Positions 14,492-29,905 of a DNA stretch of 64,000 bases are shown in pieces. Position numbers and translations under genes: made by a program. The notes beneath the pieces were generated by a model. That model was not told where the DNA came from. It ran no database searches and saw only the letters and a list, made by a program, of their open reading frames with translations. Source of the DNA: Eledone cirrhosa (taxonomy: Eukaryota); contig OZ024742.1 of NCBI GenBank assembly GCA_964016885.1, positions 157,480,001 to 157,544,000 of the forward strand, in the 5' to 3' direction. How positions within the stretch are numbered: the stretch's first letter is position 1; every line of letters begins with the position of its first letter.

Positions 14492-16530
14492 CATGTGGTA
14501 AAATATACCACCCATGCAAAGAAGGAGACTTACAGACTTGACTTGGAAATAGGTTTCCTTCTTGTACTTGGGGACATGCTGTCATAAAACTTCGCAGCAG
14601 AGATAGTAACAGTGTCCACATTTAAAAAAAGGGAGATCTTGGGAATTAAGATGGTGTACAACTTCAGATCAACAAACAATTCTGGTAGACCTTCCGCCAA
14701 CTTCTTAATATGAAGTTCCCTTCCACGTGTGCCATCAGTAACGTGTAAGAGTGTCTCTTCAGAAAGATGTATTCTCGGGAGCTACAGAACATACAATGCT
14801 GATCTCCGAAAACCACACTCAGGAGCCTATTCCAATGTACACGGGGGTAAAATATATATCCAATAAATGCACGTACATCTTGTTCCCTCGATAAGTATTC
14901 TACAACGAAATCTATATGATCACATACCTTGAAAGAATGTTCACCTAAATATTTGAAATCAAACACATCATGAAATCGGGTTAATAGTTTCAATATTCAC
15001 TCACATATACAGTCTGTATAAAAAAAGAAACACTATCTTGGCAGAAATGGAGATAATTTGAACATATATCAACTGAATAGAAGCTTACCAGGAGCTAAAT
15101 AAAATAAGAACTTAATTTTTTTTTCCTAATTAAATTAAGACACTTCCCGTGGCATTTATATATAGATATAAAACAAATTTATGTTCTTTTGCAAGTAGCA
15201 ATGCGACACAATTATTTCATATGAATTGTATATTCAAAATGTTATATATCTACCAAGAAAATATGAGATATATAATATTATATTTTCTTATTAAAAACAT
15301 TACGAAAAAATGGTTATGTTGATGAAGCGTATTCCTAACATTATTACTTTTTTAGATGTAATATGTCGACAGTTGTATCAAAAAAAGTAAATGAGATAGA
15401 ATATAGAGAAACACATCGGAAATCTAGTCGTGCTATTAGGAGATCACGAAACAGAGAGGAAAGAAAAGAAAACACCTTCTTGTTTCTTTCACATGAACAC
15501 AAAACGGCTTCCGTATCAGAGCCAGATAAAAATATCCCTATACACACAGACACATTTTTGTAAACAATAGCTAACACAGAATCAAAGCACAAAAACTCAT
15601 AAGGAAATACATATGTGTGTCTGCATCTGAATGTGCGTAATTTTACTTGGCAATGATTAATTTTGTTTGAGGAGATATTGAATAGTATTCACGTGATATC
15701 ACTAAAACTACGAGCTTTCATTAAAAAGATTTAATAGAATTTTGAGATTATAAAAAATGAATGAAAGAAAAAAGAAATATATATTCTTGTTCGTTTATAG
15801 CTAAACTATGCCATCAGACGAATATCACAATAACATCAGATTCTATTAAGGTGATAATAAATTTAATCATCTTAATCATTCGATTTATTGAAGATTTGTC
15901 CATATACGCGACGAGAATATGAACGGCATTTTTCACTATATCTATACACAAAGATAGATATACAAACTCAAGCAAGAATATATATAGGCTTAAATCAAAA
16001 TTAAACAATCAAATTATCTCATAACAATCTCATCTGCGTAAAAGAATTTACTTATCTAGGTAGTTAAATCCCTAGCTGCGAAGGTGATGTAAACGCACGC
16101 ATTGGTAACGCCTGTGTTGACATCGACGTTTGGAAATCTAGATTTCCAGACAATATGATAATGAGCCTCATTCTAGCAAGTATTACCTCTATTCTATTGA
16201 AATGATGTTCAAAATGAGTTCTTACTTCATAATTCGCATGTGTGTATTTGAATGTCAATTTGAAAGATTGTTTGGCCAATAAGCGACTGTATGTGAACCT
16301 TCGTCTAGTAACATTTATCAACAAAGAGCATAGAGTCAGATTCGCAGAGCATAGCTGGAGAGCTAACGCCGAAATTGTTACTGAAAGTTAAGTACGTGGT
16401 AAGTTCTGATATAAACTGAAATCCATCTGACGTGGCAAATATGATGAACAATAAATTTTGATAATGACAGAGTCAAGGGAATCCATGCAAGGAGTGCTAT
16501 ATATAGGTTGGTGTATGTATATATATATAT

Positions 16531-16690
16531 TATAGAATAAAAGGAGGCTGGACTGGTGTAATTCCCTGAAAGGTTTATTATACTATGATCATTCAATGAC
16601 CGGGTTCAGTATGAATCCGCTCATTGAAATGATCATAGTATAATAAACCTTTCAGTTAATTGCACCAGTCCAGCCTCCTGTTATTTTATA
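16531..16690. repeat. ~160 bp near-perfect palindrome (hairpin MITE-like)
   Basis: GGAGGCTGGACTGGTG...GAAAGGTTTATTATACTATGATCATT pairs with AATGATCATAGTATAATAAACCTTTC...CACCAGTCCAGCCTCC; ~3-nt loop near 16608. Confidence 0.85.
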
Positions 16691-17017
16691 ATAATTAACT
16701 CCGTACTCGCACCACCAACTACACGAACGAAGACGGGTGAGTTGCATTACTTTTAGTGCTCTCCATAATATTACGTCGAGGTTGACCATACGGATTGAGC
16801 AGTTCTATCCAGTAGTGAACAAACATACCTAAATAATATATATATATATATATATATATAACAGTCATTTAAGAGAACAAACTTCTTTGTTCGAATATCA
16901 CGTCACCACGTGCACTGATTTTAAATACTGATACTAACCTATTTACTTATCTTCTGTCTATAAATATAGTATTAAACTGAGAGATAACATAGAGAATATA
17001 CTTTTCTTCTAATAATT

Positions 17018-17169
17018 TGTTCTACATTTGGCACAAGGCCAGCAATTACCCAGTGTATTATGGGAATTTATTTTATCGACACCATAAGGATTTGAACTCA
17101 GAATGGAAAGGACCGTAACTAGTTGCGTCAAAGCATGGCGTCCGACCCTCTACTGATACTGCCCAATCC
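17018..17169 (-). mobile_element. tRNA-derived SINE
   Basis: Same head (GGCAGTATCAGTAGAG, GAGTTCAAATCC) and tail as the 34728-34900 copy. Confidence 0.8.
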
Positions 17170-17325
17170 GGCGCCTTCTTCTAATATTCAAATCTGTTAA
17201 ACTACACAATTTCATCAAATGAAACAAGCAGTATCCTCGAAGTTTAACACAAACAATCTGCAGGAGTGCGAACATGCACGTCTCATCATACACCCACACA
17301 CATATATATATATACATATGTATAT

Positions 17326-17414
<89 letters not shown>

Positions 17415-17596
17415 TACATATAAACAAGCAAATTATAAATGTAAACATGTAAGTATGTTTTTGAAACGGTGTGCGAGTTTGAAATTAGAAATTAGAAATG
17501 TTAAGCTTTCACCGTATTTTAGACTAAAGAAATGTCTAGCCTGATAGTGGGGTTTATAACACTCGGAGAAATGGAAAAAGATGAGTGTTGCCGTAC

Positions 17597-17627
<31 letters not shown>

Positions 17628-17907
17628 CATATATATACATACATACATACATACATATATACATACATACATATATATTTATAAACGTTTGTATATGTAT
17701 AATAAAGCCAAAACAATGCAGGTAGGGACATAGAATAAAGAATGCAAATGCAAGAGATATTGTTGACAATTAGTCTTTTACCTTAGATTTATTTAAATGT
17801 CCTTCATTTTCGAGATAATATCTCTTCTTCGGAGGGAAGTAAAGGGGTTAAACCTGTGTTCTAAATAGCTTGCCATGCTTCGAGTGAACTATAACATCCT
17901 CCATATA

Positions 17908-17968
<61 letters not shown>

Positions 17969-18095
17969 GGATTTAAATGGATACAGTTTGGTTAAAAGGA
18001 ATTTATTGACACGTGTTTCAATAACAGTTACATAACCTGAAAACAGCTGGTATCTACAAAGTAATATTTATATTACAACACTACGGAAAATACTG

Positions 18096-18231
<136 letters not shown>

Positions 18232-18261
18232 AAAGAATAGAGGTCTAACGCACGAGTTATG

Positions 18262-18597
18262 ATATATTGGTAAAAGGAAAACAAAATGCTGACAAATTGT
18301 TCCCAGTGAAAAATAGTTTAATTAGGAATAAGTAAAAATTAGTAATAAGTATTGGTTATTATTCAGTTTTGGATTTAAGTTTTTACCGGTTGCGCATTTA
18401 TAATGCTAGGCAGATTAGAGCAAACATCACGGGCGCTCTATCTCAAAATTATTTTTGAAAAGCTTTAGAAATGCGCAACCGGTAAAAACTTAAAACCAAA
18501 ACTGAATACTAACCAATACTTATTACTAATATTTACTTATTCCTAATTAAACTATTTTTCACTGAGAACAATTTGTCAGCATTTTCTTTTCCTTTTA

Positions 18598-18605
<8 letters not shown>
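18262..18605. repeat. Head-to-head inverted pair of a short non-coding interspersed repeat inside (TA)n
   Basis: 18262-18398 is the reverse complement of 18469-18605; 18411-18605 recurs at ~23890-24085. Confidence 0.85.
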
Positions 18606-18659
<54 letters not shown>

Positions 18660-18793
18660 TATAAGTGAGTTAAATGAAAGGAATCGTTTAAATGTATATG
18701 TAGCTAAAATTAAACACACATAGACACATTCAATTACGGAAAATCTCATAGACGCAGTTTCACTCGCATAAACACACGCACACACACGGGCGC

Positions 18794-18891
<98 letters not shown>

Positions 18892-19906
18892 GCATATATA
18901 CATCTGTATGTGTTCGTGTGAGTGCATGTGCGTGTATATGTATGTGTATAGGAAACTAACTACATAAGCCAAAACCTACCTGCACAAAGTCGGTGTTCAT
19001 GTGCCTAAGAAATCAGATTTTATTGATTATATAATTAGGGCAGTTTGTTTTCTTAATGTTCCTAGCTTGGCTAGTTGCAATTGCATTGAAAATGAAATTA
19101 CAAAGTTACAAAGAATATATTAATCGATAATTGTACGTATGATGAACTCAAAATGAAATTTATCACAAACAATTTTAAAGTATTCATTGATTTTCATTTG
19201 CCTCCAGCTTATGTGTCTAGCGTATTGATTGATTTTCAGTTGATCCTCTCTCAAATGTCTAACTCATATATTCAATTTCACTTGATCCCAGCTCAAATGC
19301 ATTAATGTTACAAACAACGTCATGTTAATAGATGTATTAGTATGCCGTGCGAATTTGTTGCGATATATATTCTGGTACATCCTTTAGTCTTCAAATTCCA
19401 TCTGGGGAGAATTTCATTTACATCGTTCGTTCCAGTGTGAATATGTGATGTACCAGCCTAACATGGGATCATTCCGTGACCTATTTGTGAATTCATTGCA
19501 CATTTAATCACAACAAACCTGTATATTGGTGGCTTTCAGTTGAGTCTGTGTTTTCTATATTTTTTTCTCCAATAACTCCGACTAGGATTTCTGTTTGACT
19601 ATTCAACCTCCTCTCCCGCTTATCTATCACAGGGGAAGCAAAATCATCAGTGGCACCGTTGTTTGCCTTGTTTTGAATGATCTATAAAATATGACGTCCC
19701 CTCTTTGTGAAAGTGTATACAAGAGAAATTTGTCAAGTGTAAATACAATGATTTTTAACTTGAACCTTTAACATAACAATACTAGTTTACATCAGTTATA
19801 CCGAGAAATACAGAATTCTTGAATATTAAATAAGAATACGAAGTAAATATGAGTTCCTAATAGAAGCATATCATTACCTAATTTGTAGAAATATATTAAA
19901 ATTAAA

Positions 19907-19907
<1 letters not shown>

Positions 19908-19937
<30 letters not shown>

Positions 19938-20480
19938 CTTCTTCTTCTTCTTCTTCTTCTTCTTCTTCTTCTTCTTCTTCTTCTTCTTCTTCTTCTTCTT
20001 CTTCTTGAGCATAGCGTGAGACTACCCGAGTTCATGGGTGATAACCAGCATTCTTGATCTGGATCTAGCCTTGGGTCTCCTAACGATTGGCTTTGTCTTG
20101 AAAATGTGTCCTGCGATTCTCGTTTGAAACATTCTACAAACATTCCCTTAGTATCGAAACCGTGATCTCTCATTTCCAAATTAACGCTCTACCAAGAGTG
20201 ATACTCTGATCTACAATCTACGGATTCTATTGACTAACATTTCTGCAAAGACCCTTCGGCGGAGTTTCATTACGGCCATTTCTATGAGCGATTTTATTAT
20301 TTCGGTCATTTCCCAAGATTTATGACAATAGCTATTGGCTGGCCCACATGCCCTATTGAAGATGTCCACTTTGGGATTTACACATATCACCTTTCTGGTG
20401 AGAGAATGCTGAAGCTGACACATTACTGCAGCGGAAGTATATTCAACTTCCTTATCAGTATATAAATAGTATGTTTTCAT
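19908..20480 (-). mobile_element. RTE-clade LINE 3' remnant with (GAA)n tail
   Basis: ORF 20211-20480 (TSAAVMCQL..KVDIFNRACGPANSYCHKSWEMTEIIKSLIEMAVMKLRRRV) resembles the RTE post-RT segment; (CTT)n at 19908-20007 is at its 3' end. Confidence 0.7.
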
Positions 20481-20589
20481 TCAATTAAAAATAGTGCTTA
20501 AATACACTGCAGTACTTTTTTCAATCACTGTTCACACCAAACAAAGTTATTTCTTAGGAAGATGGTACAGGTCTGACTAAATATATATA

Positions 20590-20695
<106 letters not shown>

Positions 20696-21292
20696 AGGTG
20701 CATTATTGGTTGTGTAAAATGGTCCAATAATTTTATGTTAGCAATATTAAGTTCTCCACGCAGAAAACTGAACTGAACTTACTGCTTGTGTGTGTGTATC
20801 CCAATATTTCCAATTTACATCGTCAAATTGTGATTTGACCAATATAGCTTTTGTTGTTTTGTGAACTAACTTTCGGTGAGTGCTGTGTTGGTACATACTT
20901 ATATTTCTTTATTATATTTGTTTTTTCTCGGACATTGCTTCGGTGTGTGTGAGAGTGTGTGTGTACCCACCCGCACTAACTCTACAGGTTTAATACTGTG
21001 TTGATGTGTGTATATACATGTATATATTTTTCTTTGACCTCGAGCCGGTGTATGTGGGAGTGGAATGTGTGTGTACCCACTCGCATTAATTGTGACTGGC
21101 TGTATCCCTACAGATTTGATTGATGTCCACCGTCTTTTGCAGCAATAGAAATCTGAAAACTGTTATGACCTCAACTGAAGTTAATAGCATTCGCCGTGTC
21201 TCTGACTGGTGTGTCTTCATATGAGGGAATAAAATATGAGAGAACATCGTTATTTTTCTTCCTCATATCAAGAATTTGAAGACAATTCATTT

Positions 21293-21366
21293 TCACCTGA
21301 TGAGATCAGTGATAATCGATCATGGCTTCACAATCGATCTATCTCTTATTGAAACATGTGTCGTGA
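21293..21366 (+). ncRNA. Type I hammerhead ribozyme motif (solo pseudo-LTR-like context ~20690-21410)
   Basis: TCAC-CTGATGA-GAT..GATA-ATCGAT..ATCGAT-c-TATC..ATT-GAAA-CATGTG-TC-GTGA; GUC triplet; minimal stem III. Confidence 0.7.
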
Positions 21367-24159
21367 TTAAGTGATTGGAATTTTACCTTGCCTTCGGATT
21401 TTCATTTTGATATATATATATATATATATATATACATTTGTCCGTGTGTATGTTTGTGTGTAACTGTGTGGGCGTGTGGGTCTGTGTATGTGTGGGTCTG
21501 TATATATGTGTGCGTGTGTGCAAGTGTGAATACATGTGTGGATGTCAGTAGGAAGCGTCTGTCACACAACGTGTGTTCAGCGGCTGGACACTTCTTTCTG
21601 AGTTGTGCGTGTATCGTGTATGTATTGTGTATGTATTGTGTGTATCGTGTGTGTGTGTGTGTATGTGTGTGTGAACATGTGTGTGCGTATGTATTTACCA
21701 TCACGCGTGTTTCATACATTTATACAAAGAAATATATTTCTCCAAATTTTCTTGCTTCAGCTTCGAATTCAAAATTATTTGTCATCTATCTGTATTTGTC
21801 TTATTCTCAACCAATATTTGTTTCATGACAGGCTAAACCAACACACAGAACAAGACAGGAGCTAATGATCTACAGACAGTATGAGTATCATGTTTTTCTG
21901 GGACCATGATTGTATGGAAGGTTTTTCATTCCTTCCTATATATAAGTTTCTAGGCATTAAAATCAATATTACATAGGTTATCTGATCACTTCTATTTCAT
22001 ACTTTTTCAATTGTTTTAATATTTTCTTTTTCACTTTTATTTTGCTTCATATAATTTCATTTATTTATATATATAAATGTATGTATTTATATTACATTTC
22101 CTTCTTTCTTCGTTTCATTCTTATTACAAAGTTTAAATCGAATTTTTAATGAAATGCTATATACTGCGTTTCTTTTCTTCCATTTTTATTAGCAATTTTT
22201 TACGGTGGTTTCGTGGTTCATCAAATGCAATAATCAGCATTAGAGAGAAATTTAGATTATTGCTCTTCATTTGTTTTTTACATTTATTTCTAATTTATTT
22301 CTCTTTTAATTTTATCTGTTTGTCTGCAAATTAAGTTTTCTGTTGTTGTTGTCTATGTTGTTTCCGAATTTTCTTTTTTCTTTCTTGTTTTATTCATGTT
22401 TTTTGTTTGTTTTTGCATTTAATTTATACACGTCTCTATTGTTTTGCCTCTGGAGATTGGAAGTTTATCATTGGATGAAATTTTAATGGTAAGATCTAGA
22501 TTACAGTTTGTCTAATTAGAAACAAAATAGTTAAAAATAATTGATGTTTACTCTCTCGCATCTACATTTGTTATGTGCAGTTGTATTTTAATTTTTATAT
22601 ATGTTAAATATGTGCAGTAGTTGTTTTTAATAAGTTTGATTGTCTTTGTAAGGTGACTATTTGTCCGATTAACGCAACGATATATATGTTTTCGAGGTCT
22701 GTTTTATTGATATGTTATACATATCTTTAATGTATGGCAAATATGTAATGCAAAAATGCTCACGAGCACACATATAAATACATATACGTATGTGAGAATG
22801 TTTATGTTGTGTGTGTTTAGGTATATGTCTGTGTGTAGCTTGAAATCACCTAGAAGGAAAAGTGTTTTCTATATATAGAAGCAGAGTTAATATATATAAT
22901 GAATCATCCACTCAACACGTATATATATCGGTATTTTAGATTTCATAGCGAGAGTCAGATTGCAAAAGCAGTCCGGAAAACATGCCTTATTCAGCAGTCA
23001 AAGTTCAAATCAGTTTGTGACAGTTCAGAATAAGAAAACAGATCACTTAGGCATAAATATATTTAAACTCTACTAATTTCTCATATATAAAACCTTGTGG
23101 TGCTGTGGGACGTGGGATTCGTACTCAATAAGAAAGTAGAATTTATATATATATATAACGTACAATCTGGACACACACACTCACACACACCTTGGTATTA
23201 TGCCAATACTATATATCATTTCACACCTTTTATTATTAAGGTTGTTTATGTTCTATTGAGAGAATCGATTTTACTGAAAATATCGAATAATGTACACCAT
23301 TTTACCAGAAAAAAATACTGGTCCACCCACACACACACATTCTCTCACACACACACACATATATACAGACACATACACACGCGTACATCAACATACAAAG
23401 AGACATACACACACACACACACACACTTCTCCGTATAAGACAAGAGCTGAAAAATATCTTTTAACATGTTAAAATATCCCCCACACACTTACAGACACAT
23501 TCCTACTGACCATCCCTCTACCACGAATTACTCTGCTACACACACACACACACACACACACACTTGTCTTAATAGGCATTTGAACTGTCAACAGGTTGCA
23601 GTTCGCACACACATCCCTGCTGACCATTATCACAACAACGAACGAACCTCTTTACTACTACTACACACACACACACACATATTTGTTGTGAAAGAATAAT
23701 TTCTCAGTCAGCCGACACAAACCTACATTTGGCGCAAAATCAATTTTTTACATTCACATGACCTCTACCGACCAATCAAAATTGTTTTGACCACAAGAAT
23801 TTTTGCAACACGAATTGGCGCAAAACTTATTTTAATACCGCTTGAGCCACTTTTTTAACATAAAAACAAGTAGAATTCCCAAAACTAATCAGATCAGAGC
23901 AAACATCACGGACGCTCTATCTCAAAATTATTTTTGAAAAGTATTAGAAATGCGCAACCAGTAAAACTTAAAACCAAAACTGAATACTAACCAATACTAT
24001 TACTAATTCTCACTTATTCCTAATTAAACTATTTTTCACTGTGAACAATTTGTCAGCATTTTCTATTCCGTTTACCAATATATAATAACTTGTGTGTTAC
24101 ACCTTAATTCTTTTAAATATATTCATATATATATATACATATATATATTTATATATATA

Positions 24160-24198
<39 letters not shown>

Positions 24199-24244
24199 GT
24201 ATATGTGTGTGTGTACTTGTTTGTTTATATATATATATATAAAC

Positions 24245-25030
24245 AGGGAGGCACCCTACAATAACACGGCGTTAGCTAACAGCAGTTCCTCGCAACCTAT
24301 CACTTACGCTCCCACTAACAACAACAGCAATAAGAAAAGAAAGCCTAACAATAGATAAACTATCTGGTTCTCTCCTCCCTTCTCACTGAACGTTAAAACG
24401 AATGTAGGCAAACAATTGCTACCCCTCTTAGATAGACACTTTACCATAGGTCATACATACCGCTCCATCTTTAACCGACACAAATTAAAACTAGGATACT
24501 CCTGCGCTAAGGACATATAGGCCCACATCACCAAGAGCCCTAAGAGCAACACCCCACCAGGGTGCTCTTGCCGTAAGCCTGAAGATTGTCCTCTTCAACA
24601 GCAATGAAACACACCCGCGGTAGTTTATGAAGATGCGGTCACTTCCAACAGAACAAATCCACCACAGGAGGTCAAATCCTATGTGGGTATGGCGGAGGGC
24701 CGATTTAAGAAACGCTTCCTGAACCACCAGTCAACCATTAGATACCCGGACATACGTTCATCCACGAAACTCGCGAACCCCGTATGGTCCTTCAAGGACT
24801 CAAGTATAGACTACTCCCTTCAATGGAAAGCCATCACTGAGTCCAAACCATACGCAAGGGGCAATCCGTCGTTTGGACTATGTATAGATGAACGAATAAA
24901 TAGTCTAAAGAGATTACGCAATAGTGATGACCTAAACACGATGAATGATTTTCTTCACACGTTGTCCAAATGTCTGGAAACACCTCTTCATAAATACAAA
25001 GCTTCGGATTTAATTACAACAACATCCTAA
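24245..25030 (+). mobile_element. Penelope-like element family D, decayed 3' fragment
   Basis: [58 protein letters not shown]: the same motif order as families A-C. Confidence 0.85.
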
Positions 25031-25246
25031 TTTTCGCATCAACTAGAAACTTTTGTACTTTCGCAGTTATCTCCCTTACACATCTCGCACGCAATTTTGT
25101 ATTGCCTGTGTTAAGTGATCGTTTCTGCGCATGCGTATTCGTACGGTTGTCCTTCCTGTTCCCTATAACCATGTCCATTACGAGCTGTGGATCCGCTAAG
25201 TTGAAACAATTATTCTAGGTATGGTGAACACAATGTTGTGTAACCA

Positions 25247-25338
<92 letters not shown>

Positions 25339-25350
25339 GGAACCAGTAAG

Positions 25351-25444
25351 ACCCCGACGGCTGAGCTCAAGCCGTTTCGACGGCTAATTCTGGACTAAAT
25401 GAAAATTTATCCTGGTATTTAAAGAGCCGATCTTCTCAAGGGGT
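25351..25444 (-). ncRNA. Hammerhead motif with U3-A8 variant core (family B)
   Basis: Inverted copy of 29906-29999; core TTGAGAA. Confidence 0.7.
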
Positions 25445-26781
25445 AATTCCATATATGGTCAAAGTGATTGTCAAAAATCAGTGGTAATTCTATGATTGCA
25501 AATTAGTAGGGGAGATGGTGGCTAAACCTGCCAGTAGGAGAAATAGGGGAGGGGGTGGAGTAGACCCAATCATGCGTTGGTAGTGCCAGCTACAGCTGGG
25601 CATGAGGTCAAAGAAGATACTGGGGAGGGGGAGGGGGAGGAAGTCGGAACGCTAGGTAGAACAATGGGGGGTAAAAATATATATGAAAGAAAAAATACTG
25701 AGAGTGAAGAAAAGCGAATAAGTGTAAAGAAAAGAGTAAAGCAAGTTCTACGACCTAGGTCTCTAGCTATCGTTAGGATAGAATAAATAAATAAATAAAG
25801 AAAGAAAGAAGTAAAGAAAGAAATAAAGAAATAACGAAATAAGTAAATGAACTAGGTGGGACGGAATAGGCAAGGACCCTTTTAAGAGGTATAAGTACGT
25901 AAATGATACGGTGACGGGTCAACAAATGGGGCCAAAATACTAAAGAGACTACCACGAAATAAATAATAAAGGTTTCTATCCCGGGCACAATGCCAGCAAC
26001 CACCCAGTGCAGCAAAGTGAACTAGTACGAGATAATAATTCTGAGTCACGAAAAAAAAAATATATACTAATGCTAACTCTAAAATATCTAAAACAAGCTA
26101 CATGAAAGTTCGTACGAAGTAAAGGTAGAATACGGAAAAATAAATTCAGAATGCGCCCAAAAGAAAAGCGAGGAAAGAAATACTGAAACGAGAAAATAAG
26201 GCATAAGTGCCACTAAGAAATATAGAAGGCACGGAGAATAGAGGGAGTGGTCGGAAAAAGGGGGCAAGTATCCGGGGTCTAAACCAACTGCTATAAAAGG
26301 CGGATTCCGCCAAATCTATCATAGACTAGGGGAGGGGGTGGGGGTACTAAGGCTACAAGGGGCCAAAGGGCAGCCTCGGGAGGGCGAGAAAAGACGCCGA
26401 CAAAGGAGAAGAGCTGGGGAAGAAGGACTAAGGAGAGAAGGGGGGAAGGAAATAAAGGAAGCGATAAAAGAATAAAAAGAAAATCTTACGTATCCCTTGG
26501 CAAGCAGGGGTTACCCATTGCAAAATCGGCAAGTGGGGTGTTATAGCCCTTGTCTACCCCCCCCCCCCGGGTCATTATGGGGTTTGAGGGCGAGGTAAGT
26601 CCTACGCAATCTATGTTTACATGCAGTAACCAGTTCATCTTTCTTGTTTAGCCTTAGTACCCCCACCCCCTCCCCTAGTCTATGATAGATTTGGCGGAAT
26701 CCGCCTTTTATAGCAGTTGGTTTAGACCCCGGATACTTGCCCCCTTTTTCCGACCGCTCCCACTATTCTCCGTGCCTTCTA

Positions 26782-28794
26782 GGCACCAAGGAGAGATTCG
26801 GATTTATTACCTACAAATCTCCGCCCTCGAACCCCTTGCTCTCACCCTTCGAGAATGACCTCTTCCAACTGGTCAAGAACATTAAATTTAAACCCAGACA
26901 CAACCGATTCCTACAAAAACTACGTAGCAACTTAACAGAGTATGATAACACAAATGACATCATGGTGCATTCGGATAAAACTGGGAACCTATACTTTGTC
27001 AACCCTGACAGATACCACACACTGATCAGGAGCAGCCTAAACTCCACCTATGAAAAGGCCAACCACTCTTGCATCGAGGACATAAATCGAGATGGACAAC
27101 AAATTACCTCCAGCCTCGGGGTCGCCGACCGCACGGAACCTCTAGACCCACGGACACCATACTTCACACTGGAGGACCATAAATCCGATTTTGACCGTAA
27201 ACCCTCTATCAGGTTTATTAACCCAACGAAGTCCGACATAGGGATAATCAGCAAAAAAATCCTAGACCGCGTGATACCAAAAGTCAAGCAACACGCCCGA
27301 CTTAGCCTATGGATCAACACCCAGGAAGCAATCTCATGGTTCAGCAATATGGAGGATAAACGAGACACTAAATTCATACAGTTCGACATAGAGAGCTACT
27401 ATGCTTCAATCACCTTACCGCTACTTACTGCCGCCTTGGACTTCGCCGAAACACTTGTGCCCATAACCGACCAGGAAAGAAAAATCATCCTCCTCGCCAG
27501 GAAGACAGTCTTACTCTTTGACGACTCTAAATGGATAAAAAGAGCTCCCGACTCACCCTTCGACGTCAGCATGGGAGCCACGGATTCGGCGGAGGTCACA
27601 GATCTTATAGGATTATTCCTAATAGCCAAACTCACTTATATGTTTCCTGCATTCGGTGGTGGATTGTACCGTGATGATGGGCTCCTTACCCTTAAAGGGT
27701 ACAACCCCAGTAGTACAGATCGGGTCCAGAAACAATTAATCAGATTCTTCCGCGACTGGGGATTTAAAATAACCCTACAAACGTCCCTGACCCGAGTAAA
27801 CTTCCTGGACGTTACCCTCGACCTCGAAAACGACCTGTACTACCCATACAGGAAACCTAATGACAATCTGCACTACATCCACCGCCTATCAAACCATCCT
27901 AGGAACATCACAAACGACCTGGTCAAAAACATCTCCCTCCGCATATCCCGTTTGTCAGCTAATGAGCGGATATTCGATGAACATGCGCCTTATTACAACC
28001 AGGCCCTCAAGCGGAGTGGTTTCCGGGAGGAAATATCCTACTGTCCAGCTCCCATTAGCGGAACCAGCAGGAGACACGGCCGCTCACGCAATATAACATG
28101 GTTCAATCCTCCCCCACAACGCAGAGGTGACAACTCCCATCGGGAAACTATTCTTTAGGCTCATTGAAAACACTTCCCATTACAAAACCGCTACCACAAC
28201 ATAATTAACAAAAATACCATCAAACTCTCTTACAGCACTACACCAAACTTCGCACAAAACATCGTCTCCTCTAACAACAAAAAACTCAACCCCGATGGCA
28301 GAAATAACCTAAATAGCAGTGGAGAACCGACCAGGAGGTGTAACTCTCCGGATAGATCCATATGCCCAATCGACAATAGATGCAGAGACCGTAATGTAAT
28401 CTACCAGTGCAACGTGAGGACGGATACCTCCAACAAAGCCTATATAGGACTTACCGCATGTGACTTCAAGACCCGGCTATACCAACATAGACATACCTTC
28501 CGAAACCCGGCCCGGCGTCACGCCACTACACTTTCGGGCCACATGTGGGACCTCAAGGACAACAACATCACCTATGATCTCACTTGGAGATTACTGTCCA
28601 GAGCCAATTCTTACACGGGAGGACGCCGTCCGTGCAATTTATGCTCGGAGGAAACTTTACAAATGCTGTTTTCGACGGACCAACACCTAAACAAGAAAGA
28701 TGAACTGGTTACTGCATGTAAACATAGATTGCGTAGGACTTACCTCGCCCTCAAACCCCATAATGACCCGGGGGGGGGTAGACTAGGGCTATAA
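26782..28794 (+). pseudogene. PLE RT-GIY-YIG polyprotein (family B), slightly 5'-truncated, frameshift near 28110
   Basis: HSDKTGNLY, QFDIESYYASI, FDVSMG, GLYRDDGL, NFLDVTLDL, WFNPP; then VIYQC..AYIGLT..FKTRLYQH..CNLCSEE..CKH. Confidence 0.93.
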
Positions 28795-29905
28795 CACCCC
28801 ACTTGCCGATTTTGCAATGGGCAACCCCTGCTTGCCAAGGGAGACGTAAGATCTTCTTTTTATTCTTTTATCGCTTCCTTTATTTCCTTCCCCCTTCTCT
28901 CCTTAGTCCTTCTACCCCAGCTCTTCTCCTTTGTCGGCGTCTTTTCTCGCCCTCCCGAGGCTGCCCTTTGGCCTCTTGTAGCCTTAGTACCCCCACCCCC
29001 TCCCCTAGTCTATGATAGATTTGGCGGAATCCGCCTTTTATAGCAGTTGGTTTAGACCCCGGATACTTGCCCCCTTTTTCCGACCGCTCCCACTATTCTC
29101 CGTGCCTTCTATATTTCTTAGTGGCACTTATGCCTTATTTTCTCGTTTCAGTATTTCTTTCTTCGCTTTTCTTTTGGGCGGGGTGGATTCTGAATTTATT
29201 TTTCCGTATTCTACCTTTACTTCGTACGAACTTTCATGTAGCTTGTTTTAGATCTTTTAGAGTTAGCATTAGTATATATATATATATATTTTTTTTTTTA
29301 GGGACTCAGAATTATTATCTCGTACTAGTTCACTTTGCTGCACTGGGTGGTTGCTGGCATTGTGCCCGGTTACAAACCTTTATTATTTATTTCGTGGTAG
29401 TCTCTTTAGTATTTTGGCCCCTTTTGTTGACCCGTCACCGTATCATTTACGCACTTATACCTCTTAAAAGGGTCCTTGCCTATTCCGTCCCACCTAGTTC
29501 ATTTACTTATTTCTTGTATTTCTTTATTTCTTTCTTTACTTCTTTCATTCTTTCTTTATTTATTTATTCTAGCCTAACAATAGCTAGAGACCTAGGTCGT
29601 AGTACTCGCTTTACTCTTTTCTTTACACTTATTCGCTTTTCTTCACTCTCAGTATTTTTTCTTTCATATATATTTTTACCCCCCATTGTTCTACCTAGCG
29701 TTCCGACTTCCTCCCCCTCCCCCTCCCCAGTATCTTCTTTGACCTCATGCCCAGCTGTAGCTGGCACTACCAACGCATGATTGGGTCTACTCCACCCCCT
29801 CCCCTCTTTCTCCTACTGGCAGGTTTAGCCGCCATCTCCCCTACTAATTTGCAATCACAGAATTACCACTGATTTTTGACAATCACTTTGACCATATATG
29901 GAATT

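Noticed and set aside
14928-15013. Minus-strand segment with good acceptor and donor signals
   Set aside because: Stops occur in all three frames; at best a non-coding exon, and unsupported.
29067-29780. 237 aa hydrophobic ORF and similar ORFs in family B UTRs
   Set aside because: Pyrimidine-rich UTR; the frame is not preserved among the other copies.
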